Positions 38,776-50,600 of a stretch of 64,000 nt of DNA are shown piece by piece. The notes beneath the pieces were generated by a model, which was not told where the DNA came from, searched no databases, and worked only from the letters and a program-made list of their open reading frames with translations. Every line of letters begins with the position of its first letter. The stretch's first letter is position 1. The position numbers and the translations under genes are program-made. Source of the DNA: Octopus sinensis (Eukaryota). The DNA is taken from assembly GCF_006345805.1 (NCBI RefSeq), contig NC_043000.1, positions 97,464,001 to 97,528,000 of the forward strand. The letters are read 5' to 3'.

Positions 38776-39361
38776 AGAGAGAGAGAGAGGTATAGTTATA
38801 TCCTATTCTAGTGTGCAAAAAGAAACGAAAATAGTAAATAAATAAACGAGAGCAAATCAAAGTAGGAAAATAAAAAGTACGCAAAAAAATAAAAAAGGTT
38901 GTAAATAAATTACAAAAGCATTGAAACTATGGAGCCGGAAAATCATAACAGTATATAAATTGTACACTACCATTTGTCTAGAATCCAATACGATATGTAT
39001 GAAAAGTATATTTATTATAATATGGTTGATAAATACGACTACTACTCCATGACTAAGCTTCATGCGAAATTGTGCATTCATCGGATATATTCGACGAAAA
39101 TGTCACACAAATTACTGCCATCCATCTCCTGAATGCTATTTTCAGTATAAAACTTAAGGTTGGTAGTCACATTATTATACAAAATCATAAACGTATGTTT
39201 ATGCAAATGCATATACACACACACGCATTTATATATATATATATATATGTATGTATGTGTGTGTGTGCACATTTGCATAAAAAAAAGAGTATATTTCCTC
39301 GCCATTTTTACATCTCTATCAACTCACTCTCTTTCTCTTTCTCTTTCTTTCTGTCTCTCTT

Positions 39362-39399
<38 letters not shown>

Positions 39400-39595
39400 C
39401 CCCCTTTTCTCACGTTCTCTCTCTCTTCTCTGTTTGCCTCTTGATATATATCTTTGGCTCCAAAAGTTAATAGTTATTTATTGCCCGTAGATTTCTTTGA
39501 CATCATTGATATCACATTTATTGTTCCTGTTTATTGCTCTGAAATGTTTGATGTCAACTTTACGGTTGTATTATATTTCTCTGAACTTATTTGCA

Positions 39596-39674
<79 letters not shown>

Positions 39675-39678
39675 TATA

Positions 39679-39718
<40 letters not shown>

Positions 39719-40367
39719 ACTATAAATATATACGTACATGTACTTATGTATGTAGATATGTGTATGTGAGTCTGTTTTTGTTTTCTGTTAGTGTTTTAGC
39801 TTTGTACTCTCAATTATTATTTTTCGTTCTCCTCTTTAAGACTCATTAAATGTGAAATCGCACATTTATACATACAGTTCTGGCTGAAAGCTGACACAAA
39901 ACTATCGTATAAATTGTTTCTAATAATAACAACGATTTCTAACACTAGAACAAGGCTCCAGCTATTTGTGACAGGTGTTGAGTCGACGAAATCGACTCGT
40001 CATCAGTATTTGACTGTTACATTATTTTATAGGTCATGGGACGGTGAATCGCAAAATGAACTCCAATGGGATCATGACTCAGAACGTAAAGATATGTATT
40101 TAAGCACTGCGAGTTATCTTGTGCACCGAATTAGATATCGTAAAACATCCATCCAGCACCCTACCATTTCTGTAACCTACCGCTCTATTTTCACTATTAT
40201 TACTTTACCAGTCATACTTTCGTGGTTGGTAAAATAAATAACAGTTGAGTACTACGGTCGATGCAAACGACTTAGCACCTCCCCACCCAAACCCAAATTC
40301 ACAGCTTGTGCCTAAAGTAGAACGATTATTATTGCTATTATTATTATTATCATTGTTGTTGTTGTTG

Positions 40368-40607
40368 GTTCAAATTCCGCCGAGGTCGACTTTGCCTTTC
40401 ATCCTTTCGGGGTCGATTAAATAAGTACCAGTTACGCACTGGGGTCGATATAATCGACTTAATCCGTTTGTCTGTCCTTGTTTGTCCTCTCTGTGTTTAG
40501 CCCCTTGTGGGTAGTAAAGAAATAGAATATCAGTCAAGTACTGGGGTCGATGTAATCGGCTTACTCCATCCCCCAAAATTTCAGGCCTTGTTCTTATAGT
40601 AGAAAGG

Positions 40608-40671
<64 letters not shown>

Positions 40672-40860
40672 TATTATTATTATTATTATCATAAGGCGGC
40701 GAGCTGGCAAAATCGGCGGACAAGATGCTTAGCGACATTTCATCTTTCTTTATGCTCTGAGTTCAAATTTCGCCGAGGTTGACTTTGCCAGTCATCCTTT
40801 CGGGATCGATGAAATATGTACCATTTAAGCACTGGTATTGAAGTAATCGACTAGCTCCCC
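40368..40860 (+). mobile_element. Two SINE family B copies (40368-40605 and 40695-40860) separated by (ATT)n
   Basis: ttcaaattccgccgaggtcgactttgcc; ggcggcgagctggc head at 40695. Confidence 0.9.
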
Positions 40861-41100
40861 CATTACTTCTGCTCGTGACCAGAGATGCACATATCTCCAG
40901 CCAATAAGGGACATGCTCAAGTGGTTAAGATCAAACAACTGACAAGCAAATCTGTAGTATTGAGCAGAATATTTGCTGTAGCCCATCTTTTATACCAAGA
41001 CAAAACAATGTACATGATAACACTTCCAATCAGTTAAGATCAGAAGTCATGAGAGCTACTAGCTGGTACTGCATCAGGGCATTTATCATTATTATTATTA

Positions 41101-41153
<53 letters not shown>

Positions 41154-41169
41154 TATTATTATTATTCAG

Positions 41170-41497
41170 TAGTTTTATTTTTATAGCGTGCTTTCACTTC
41201 ACTACCGAGCACAGCTCTGTGTGCCTTGGGTATGTGCTGTGATTTGTTGCGATGCTCTGATGGTTATTGTATGGAAAGTGTTCTGCGTAGGATGTGTGCA
41301 GTGCCTAGTAGTGCAATTTTCTGTATGTTATATGTGTTTGTAAGTCCTGGTGTTTTTGTTATGTATTTGTCTGAATATTTTTTTATCATGCCTAATGCAC
41401 CTACTATGATAGGAATTGTTTCTGTTTTCAGATTCCACATTCTAGTTACCTCTATTTCCAGGTCTTTGTATTTTGAGAGTTTCTCCATTTCTTATTA
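41170..41497 (-). mobile_element. Dong/R4-like LINE 3' end embedded in (TAA)n
   Basis: EKLSKYKDLEIEVTRMWNLKTETIPIIVGALG...QKIALLGTAHILRRTL, short 3' UTR; (AAT)n on both sides. Confidence 0.9.
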
Positions 41498-41508
41498 TTA
41501 ATATTATT

Positions 41509-41572
<64 letters not shown>

Positions 41573-41810
41573 TATTATTATTATTACTAGGCACTCTATT
41601 CCAATTTCCTTTATATTCCTCTTGTTGCCTTCTGATACTGTTTCCAAGGACCCATAGACAGGCTATTTCTATTCTATTAATTTCTATCGCTAACTCTTTG
41701 CTAAACGCTATCGATTCTGCTCTAATCGCCCTCTTCAGGGTGGCCTACCACCAGTTGTTAACGATAGCCCCCGTCAACTGCCGCTCTATCGGTTGTTGGT
41801 GATTTTCCTC

Positions 41811-41868
<58 letters not shown>

Positions 41869-41869
41869 G

Positions 41870-41944
<75 letters not shown>

Positions 41945-41956
41945 TAGAATAATAAT

Positions 41957-42430
41957 GAGGGTCAGCCTTAAAAATAAGCAAGTGTCTAGGCTCTATCACC
42001 TCTGCAATAGAGTGGGTGAAACCATTGCCCATATCACGAACGGATGCCCTAGACTTGCCCATATCACGAAAGAATGCCCTGGACTTGCCCAAAACCACTA
42101 TAAGTTGTCACGACACGATCAGGTAGCGAAAGTGCTACATTGGAAACTGTGCGAAAAGTGGGGACTATAGCGAGGCAAGACGTGGTATGAGCACAAACTG
42201 CAGAGAATGGCGGAGTCGGTGACTAGCAAAATCCTCTAGGATTTCCTAATCCAAACAGATTAGGTGCTAGAGCATAACAGATCAGACCTAATGGTGGTGG
42301 ACAAGGTGGACAACATATGTTATATAATTGATGTTGCATGCCCCTTTGACCCACGAATAGTCAAGACGGAGGTTTCAAAGATAGATAATACAAACCTCTT
42401 AAGTATGAAATAGCCCGGCTATGGAAAATA
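41957..42430 (+). mobile_element. R4/Dong-like LINE fragment (CCHC and RLE domains)
   Basis: ETIAHITNGCP.LAQ..Y..RHDQVAKVLHWKLC; DFLIQTD..LEHNRSDL; IIDVACPFD; starts directly after (AAT)n. Confidence 0.9.
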
Positions 42431-42914
42431 TTGTTAAATATTCCTGCTACATGTATACGTGTGCGTGTGTGATAGTGTGTTTAACAACTATAAAAATTAA
42501 GACTAACACAAAATATTTCAAACTTTTGACAAGGAAGTTGATTAAAGGCACGACTCTAGAAAGGAATGATAAATTTCTTCCCTAGTTGCCAAAAAATTAC
42601 ATTAAATGCAGAATGACAAAAGTGATTAAAATGTTATAAATTCAAATGGTGCCAAAATAGTGTGTCTACTTCTCATTATTTTTTTATTTCTTACATATTA
42701 AACAAATTCCAGAAGCATATTATTCATCAGGATATTTTGAAAACATACATATCCAAATGTTCTTATAATGCACAGATGACTTTCCCTTTCAACAGACTTT
42801 CACGCTGATTTGCTTTTGGTTTTTCCACCCACTTTCTAGGATCATAGTGGGTCGTTGTGGCAGACAAAAAACCAAGTATATAGAAGTAACAGAAAGAGCG
42901 GGAGTTACATAATT

Positions 42915-43305
42915 ACTCTTTTATTTGTTTCAGTCATTTGACTGCGACCATGCTGGAGCACTACCTTTAGTCGAGCGAATCGACCCCACGACTTATTCTT
43001 TGGAAGCCTAGTACTTATTCTATCAGTCTCTTTTGCCGAACCGCTAAGCTACGGAGACGTAAACACACCACCATCGGTTGTCAAGCGATGTTAGGGGACA
43101 AACAAAGACACACAAACATATATACACACATACATATTATATATATATATATAAATATATATACATATATACGACGGGCTTCTTTCAGTATCCGTCTACC
43201 AAATCCACTCACAAGGCTTTGGTCGACCCGAGGCTATAGTAGAAGACACTTGCCCAAGGTGCCAAGCAGTGGGAATGAACCCGGAACCATGTGGTTGGTA
43301 AGCAA
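42915..43305 (-). mobile_element. SINE family A, near full length, with internal (TA)n
   Basis: Head 43170-43305, TA tract, tail 42915-43120. Confidence 0.9.
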
Positions 43306-43899
43306 TTGTTTACTATATTAAAATTGATATTGTAGGGAGATTGGTTAGGTGTTTATTAAGGACGGGATTAGTTTTCAAAACTATACAGTTTAGCTAACGG
43401 ATTCATATCCTACAAAAGCAACACCAAAGAGAGCATCGTGAGCAGACACACAAGTGGAAGTGGTCGGCGTGGTTGTGGAGGTAGTCGTGGGGGTTTTGGT
43501 AGTAGTAGTAGTAGTAGTAGTAGTAATTCTTTAGCAGCTGCAAGGGTCATAAACACAATACGAGGAAATTTTAAGCAGGAATCATACGAAGACGTTTGGG
43601 ATGGGACATCGAATCATAAAGAAACGAGGGAAAGGGTGAAAGATATTATGCAAGTTAAAACGGAACAAGGTAAAATTTTAAAATAAATATACAGATAATA
43701 AATGGAATAAGTAAAATACTTAAAAGAATAATTAAAGTGGTGTATAATTTGAATAAAAGATAATGGAAAAAACACATGGGAAACAATTAGAATTCCTGCC
43801 AACACACGGTTGAGAAACTATAGCTATGTCGGGTTAGAACATTTCACTTTCTCTGGCCATCCACTTGCCAACGTTCATACCGAAAGGTTGCCATTCACA

Positions 43900-45040
43900 T
43901 TTTCTGTGTGCGTTGAGATAAGAAACAATCTATAACGTCCTCAACATATTCCTGTCTCAGCTGATAGTAATGAAGCTCTATTGTTTTTATTTAGAACCTA
44001 TGTTTTGACTGTCTCTTATATTCCAGCTTTATTTGTTCGTCGGGGATTAACTCATCCAGGCAACGCCCACAACAAAACATGCTTGTTTATTATGTCTATG
44101 AGACACTGGTTTGAGTCTCCAAGGACGATGAATTTCAGTTCTTTGTTTTTGTCGTCGTATTATTGTTGCTGAGAAGAGATGGGGAGTTCTTTTTTTAACC
44201 ATTTTTTTTTCGAATTTTTCTTTTAGGCCAGTATGTTTTTTCCTCTCTTTCTCCTTCTTTTCTCTGATGGTGTGGGAATATTGTTTTTGTTTTTTGCTTT
44301 TTTTTTCACTACCATCCATCACCTTTCTCATCATAAGAATGATGCCGTTGCTGTTAGTTCTCGTAAGGAGACGGCGCATTTGGTTGCTGGTTTTCAAGAC
44401 TTGGTATGAGTTGACTGCTTGCATTATTTCCGGAGCTGAGACTCGTGACGTTGTTGGGACTGGGGTTTGCTGCCGTTTCTGTTGCTGTAAGCACATCTCC
44501 CCATCTCACCTTTTCTTGGCCGGGAGTATTTTAATATCAGCAAACGTTTCTGAGAATGTTGTCGATGATTCTGTTGGTGTTCTTTCTATTTTGATTTTGC
44601 TTCGTCTGTGTGCAGAAAGCTCTCGATTTTAGTTACCACACTTGTGACAGCTAGGATTCCTCTCCTTCACTAACAATCTTACCTTTCGTTTCACACCTTC
44701 GATTGATAACACTTCTGATATGATCTTGTGGTTTTCGGGAGTCGTATCCATTGAGGTGTCACAGGACCAATGTCAGTCTTTCTGACCTCAGTACTTGCCA
44801 CCTGTCCATACTGTTCATCAAAGTGCTATTACCAATATCCTTGACCCTTACTCTCGTGTTTCCTCACACTAAGTGCGGTATAACATGTGGATGGGCAGGC
44901 TTGTATCGAACTTGCTCGGTCTGTCTTCGTACTTCATTCTCCCAGTTGAAAACACACACATATAATTCCTTGCGGTTTCTGTCGGCCAACTGATTTATCG
45001 CTGTTCAAAGAATCAGCTAGCGCTACCTTTTGTAGGTAGA
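43900..45040 (-). mobile_element. RLE-type LINE 5' portion (degraded)
   Basis: ELIPDEQIKLEYKRQSKHRF.IKTIELHYY resembles the R4-like pre-RT region; leader upstream. Confidence 0.5.
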
Positions 45041-45729
45041 AGAAAGTTCCTGTCTCGCCAGAGATTCTTTTTATATCTTATTTTATTTCATTTATTTGTT
45101 TGTTTGTTTATTGCTTCTTTCTCATTCCTTGATAAAACGACCAAGAAGAATAGCATTTTTCATTGATATTCAAGATTGCCAAAAGCCTTTCCGTTCTGCA
45201 AGTTCGTTCATGTTTACTCTTTTTGTTATCAGTGACATTACAGAACGAAATATTCGTGTTTAGATCCGATATAGTATGTGTGTTTGTGTGTGTGTCTATG
45301 TGTGTACGCGCGCGTTCTTTTGTTCCATTGTCTATATTTTTCATTGTATATGCCGTGTGAGAAAGAAACAGTTTTCCATTTATTTTGTCATCTTTTTCAG
45401 TATTTTTTCATTTTCTATAGGTCGGGGTGTATCTTTTTGTTGTTATCATAGACGCAATTATTTACAAATGTTCGAAGAGAAAAACAAAATATTAAAACAT
45501 GCACCTTCCTCCCTTTCATTTTAGAGAAAATAACTTCAAACTTGCTCAAGATGTCCTGCTTTGTATAATCTTACAAAAAAGGTTTTCTTTTTTTCTTTCA
45601 CTCTGTGTCATGATAAGATATCCAACTCCCCTAGTTATCAGAAACCACCAAGAAAGACGCCTTGACAGGTGGCAACGAATGATGAGGTGAAAAGGGAGGA
45701 CGAGGAGGAAAATAATAATAATGTTTTCG

Positions 45730-45931
45730 AATCTTTGGTACAGACCCAGCAGTTTTGGTGGCGAGTTAAGTCGATTGCGTCGACCCTAGTGCTCAACTGG
45801 TACTTATTTTATCTATCCTAAAAGTATGAAAAGCAAAGTTGACCTCGGCGAAATTTGAACTCAGAACCTAAAGAGGGGCGAAATGCAGCCAAGCAATTTA
45901 TCCGGCATGCTAGCGATTCTACCAACTCGCC
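45730..45931 (-). mobile_element. SINE family B
   Basis: aagcaaagttgacctcggcgaaatttgaactcagaac. Confidence 0.85.
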
Positions 45932-45934
45932 ATC

Positions 45935-46178
45935 AAAAGAAGAAAAAGAAGAAGAAGAAGAAGAAGAAGAAGAAGAAGAAGAAGAAGAAGAAGAAGAAGA
46001 AGAAGAAGAAGAAGAAGAAGAAGAAAGAAGAAGAAGAAGAAGAGAAGAAGAAGAAGAAGAAAGAAGAAGAAGAAAGAAGAAGAAGAAGAAGAAGAAGAAG
46101 AAGAAGAAGAAGAAGAAGAAGAAGAAGAAGAAGAAGAAGAAGAAGAAGAAGAAGAAGAAGAAGAAGAAGAAGGAAGAA
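45935..46178. repeat. ~240-bp (GAA)n polypurine tract; (CT)n follows at 46322-46525
   Basis: Seen directly. Confidence 0.95.
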
Positions 46179-46325
46179 TAGATTAACTTAAAAGGCTTCC
46201 CCTTCCTTCTTGGTTAAAGCTTAAATTCCTAAAACTTTATTCATTCAGTCATATATGAAAATTGGCTATCTAAAACACACTGATTGCTATAATGCTGAAC
46301 CTATTGTTTAAAGTACATGTATTTC

Positions 46326-46372
<47 letters not shown>

Positions 46373-46433
46373 TCTCTCTTTTTCTCCCTCTGTCTTTTTA
46401 TCACCACTCTCTTTATGTCTTTCTGTCTGTCTG

Positions 46434-46526
<93 letters not shown>

Positions 46527-46689
46527 TTATCACTTTCTTCACTACTTTTGAAGATTACTTGTTGACATCGTAAAAGTCTTCAGCCGAAATCACACTTTCA
46601 CATCCCAATTCAAACAGTAAGCTAGTGTTTCGTTAGATTCAGATGAACGCCTCTCCCTCCTTCTTTGGTTAAATCTTAAATTCACAGGT

Positions 46690-47408
46690 GGGCCGCTGCA
46701 GTAGCTCATTTGTGAGTGAAAATGTCAAGCAAAATAAATGACGATAACAGTGTGAACGGGACTGGAACCAGTGGTGAAGGTGCTGCACCCAGCAGGTTCC
46801 CCGCTGTGCAGCAGGGTGGGCCCGGTTGTAATCCAGCAACTGCTAGCCATGCTACAAGACATAAGTGGAGTAAACAAGTGAACATGATGATTATGGAGTG
46901 TTACTACCGGAGCACCCCAGTGGATGCGAATGGCGTACTTGTCAGAGGGTACAGAGAATGAATGCACAGTGAATGGAAGGCAATGGAATTGTTCGAAATT
47001 ACTGAACAGAGATTATGTGACCAAGCAAGAACAATACGAAAGAATGGGTGGTTAATAGAATTGGAGCTAAAAGCTACTAAAAGAAGGATATCGAGTGATA
47101 CTGGGCGTGCGAAAAACGAAACTGGTATAGTGGAAGAGATGGACAATTGTTCACAAGAATATAATACTGTGAATTGTGAAAGAATTGAGATCCGTGACTA
47201 CTCAAACAATGAAGACCGATTAATGATAAACAAAATTTTGGATCCAGAAGGGACAGAATTTATGTGCGACTTTAAGAAGGCTAACCAACGGAGGCTAAAT
47301 CTAGAGACGAATAAAGTCAATATTGTATTGAAACACATTGAAACATTACACAAACAAATAATCTTATCAAGGCTGCTAGTAGGATTGTGGCGGAAAGGAT
47401 GGGATTGA
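46690..47408 (+). mobile_element. R4/Dong-like LINE N-terminal portion
   Basis: RHKWSKQVNMMIMECYY...GYRE*MHSEW...TEQRLCDQARTIRKNGWLIELEL. Confidence 0.8.
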
Positions 47409-49185
47409 GAAAGCCTTTGCGAAGTCGAGATATATCACATCCTCATTTGATTGGTTGAGCAGCTGTTTCAACACCCAGTCAGAGTGTAGTAAGAGCTGAG
47501 TTAAGCAGCTTCTTCCTGGTCGGAAACCATATTGGGTGTCAGTCATTTTCTTCAAGGAAGGTGATTTCTTTTCTTCTGACTATTCGTTGCATGACTGCTG
47601 ATGTACGAGATCAGAAATAGGTCTGTAGTTTTGGCCTCTGCTGTGCTACCTCCTCTATGGACTGGAGCATATTTTCCCTTCCCTTAGCTTGCTTGGAAGT
47701 TTGCCAGTTGCAAGGAAGCTCTGGAAGGGAGTCTGCAGTGGTCTTGCTAGGACTCGCTTACATGATTTTAGAAGGATTACTTGGAATCCATGAGGGCTAG
47801 TAGTTGAGTTCGGGTTCATCTTGTCTATAGCCCTTATTACATCGTCTTTTTTTAAATTGATGCCTCTGTTTTTATGTCTGCAGTGGCGAAAAAGTCATCT
47901 GAATTGCTGACTTGCAAGTGTCCCAGGAGTGGAGTGAAAACACTTTTGAATTACTAATTTCGCATTTTTCTTATCCTCATTGGGTTTCTTGTGAGTGTAC
48001 CATCTTTTTCGAGGAGTGGCCCTACCCTGCAGGGCACTGAAGCTGTTTTTTTAGCAAACTTGTAGAAGGATCTGGGGTTAGATCTTATATCGTCTATATC
48101 TCAGGCTTCTTTGTCTGCTGTTTCTTTTTCATGAGAAAGTTGCAGATTTTTTTCAATCTCCAGCAGTCGTATTTTCAGGCGGGATTTTTCACTGCTTTCA
48201 ATTTGTTTGTTCAGGCGATTTGAACTTTTTGCATGCAGTCTCACAAGAAATTTCTTCTCCCTAGGAAATTTGTTCTTGTGTACAGTGGCCTTTCTCTCCG
48301 TGACACATTTGTATCTCCCATAAGAAGTACACTTATGCGTTGTTCTAATGTAACTAGAACTTCTATTTTTGTAAGGCAGTCTTCAAACTTTTCCGCATGA
48401 TTCGGAACATCTGGAGGGCGATATGTAATACATATAACTACATCGAATTGTCTTATATGTATAAATAGTGTGTCACATACTGAATTTGAGTGTAACAAAA
48501 GGACCTGGTGTATGAAGTTTTCGCGGATGTACATAGCAACTCCACACTGACTCCTTTCTTTTCTGTCGGTCGGTAATACGACATATTGAGGTATGTATAT
48601 TTCTGCATTTGCTATATCTGGTTTGAGGCGCGTTTCTGTAAGTGCATGCAACAAGGTCTCTCAGGAAAGGAATTTTGCTATTACTAAGTGTTACTGTTAC
48701 TAAGTGTTAACAGTCCTCTGATATTCAGTTGCCAGTGGTGTCCACCTTGGATCCATTTACTGTGGGTGGTCTTGTGTATTGAGGAAGTTCCATCTATGAG
48801 ATTGCCTTATAATCTTTTGTGCCATGCACAAAAAGGATTGTTGTTCAGTGGCTGCCCTTTCAACTACATGTTGATAGGACTGGTTTGTAGTGCGCACTAC
48901 ATCTGCGCATTTCCATTTTGGGCAGTTGGTATGTGATCCTTTCCTTTTGGCGGATTGTTTCCACTCTACATGTTGGTGTAGCAGGGATTTTAATGTACAA
49001 AACGGAAGTTTGCACCTCCCGCCCCATGCCAACGGAACATCACTCACTATTTGCATGTCATCGGAGGTGACCCCATTGGCTACTACTGCTTGATTTCTAT
49101 CTTTCAGAAAGTCATGTAGCCATTCCCCCAATTTCCCGACTATGCCGAGATCATAGTGACATATCATTCCACGGTCTTTATTTAC
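47409..49185 (-). mobile_element. CR1-clade LINE fragment with permuted order (RT mid-piece, ORF1 end, EN, RT N-half)
   Basis: ALTETRLKPDI; ITYRPPD; LMGDTN; IRSNPRSFYKFA; YRPIS; QYGFRPGRSCLTQLL; VIYLDFAKAF; head piece GKLGEWLHDFLKDRNQAVVANG. Confidence 0.9.
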
Positions 49186-49396
49186 TTTTTTATTTTTTAT
49201 TTTGTCCTTTTTCCCTCTGGCTTTCTTCCCCTTTTATTGTGCCACGTGACTTTGTAAAAGAATAATCTGGTGTGTTTATTTTAATGGCGTAGCAATGTAT
49301 ACAGTGCGTTTCTCTGCCCTAAGTGTCAGGAAGACACTCGGCAAGAACTGGAAACAGAATTGAAAGATGATGATGATGATGATAATAATAATAATA

Positions 49397-49496
<100 letters not shown>

Positions 49497-49520
49497 AAGA
49501 AGAAGAAGAAGAAGAAGAAG

Positions 49521-50110
49521 AATTACCAGCTGTATTAAGAGAATATAGCCCAAAACATCTAAACTCAAAAGAAATTCAGGACAAACCAGGACAGAGAAAT
49601 AATATACATATGGATCAAAAGTGGATATATAATGGGTTGAAGGGAAATGTAAGTCAAGAACAGGCCAAGCAATATCCACAAGAATGTAATGAGATCTGGA
49701 GAGAAATTTGAGGCAAAGAAAATAATCGTAGTAGTGAACCGGAATGGTTAGAGACACTTAGCGATGAAATAAAAATCAATAAGCAGGAAAATATATACGT
49801 ATTGCAATGATGATGGTAAATAAACAGTCTTATAGTAAGATTTCAAACTGTAAAACCCCATGCCTTGATGGCGCTCTAGAGTGCTTACTGAAAGTTTCAA
49901 ATCGTTAAATAAGAGAATATTTTTTGTGGATTTGAATAAGATAATAATCAGTGGTGATTATTGTTTTATTCCTGCATGGAGGATAGATGGAAGTATTATT
50001 TCATTGTTAAAGGGTCATCAAACGAAGATGTTGTCAACATTTTTCAACCATTACCATATCTTCCTTTGATGTGGAAGCTTTCAACTAAAATTATTGTAGA
50101 TAACATGTAT
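49521..50110 (+). mobile_element. R4/Dong-like LINE pre-RT/RT start (degraded)
   Basis: EIWREI..KENNRSSEPEWL; KTPCLDG; IPAWRIDG; QPLPYLPLMWKL; begins after (AAT)n(AAG)n. Confidence 0.65.
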
Positions 50111-50433
50111 TATATATTATATATTTTCACGTTCCTGCTGTTTCAGTTATTTGTGTAAATATATATATCGTTGCTCAGAAATTTCAATATTTTCTATTTC
50201 CTTGAGTCCTTTGTTAAACTCTTGCACGAAGCAGTATTCTCGATATTTACTTATGTCAGAGACATTATATACGTGGTGGGGTTACACAGGTATTTATTCA
50301 TAGAGTACAGGTGCGGTAATTAATTGTTTAACATTCCTAGTTAGTGATGTACTAAGGTGTGTAGGTATATGTGTGTGTTTGTGTCTGTGTGTGACTGAGT
50401 ATGTATGTACGAGAGTTTATGCACGTGAGTTTG

Positions 50434-50474
50434 TAGACAGACAGACAGACAGACAGATAGGCAGACAGACAGAC

Positions 50475-50545
<71 letters not shown>

Positions 50546-50600
50546 AAGACAGATAGACAGACAGACAGACAGACAGATAGACAGACAGACATATAGATAT
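50434..50600. repeat. (CAGA)n/(TAGA)n flanking the Tx1-like 3' end
   Basis: Seen directly. Confidence 0.95.

Noticed and set aside
45855-46191. Poly-Glu/Lys/Arg ORFs
   Set aside because: Translation of (GAA)n plus a SINE end
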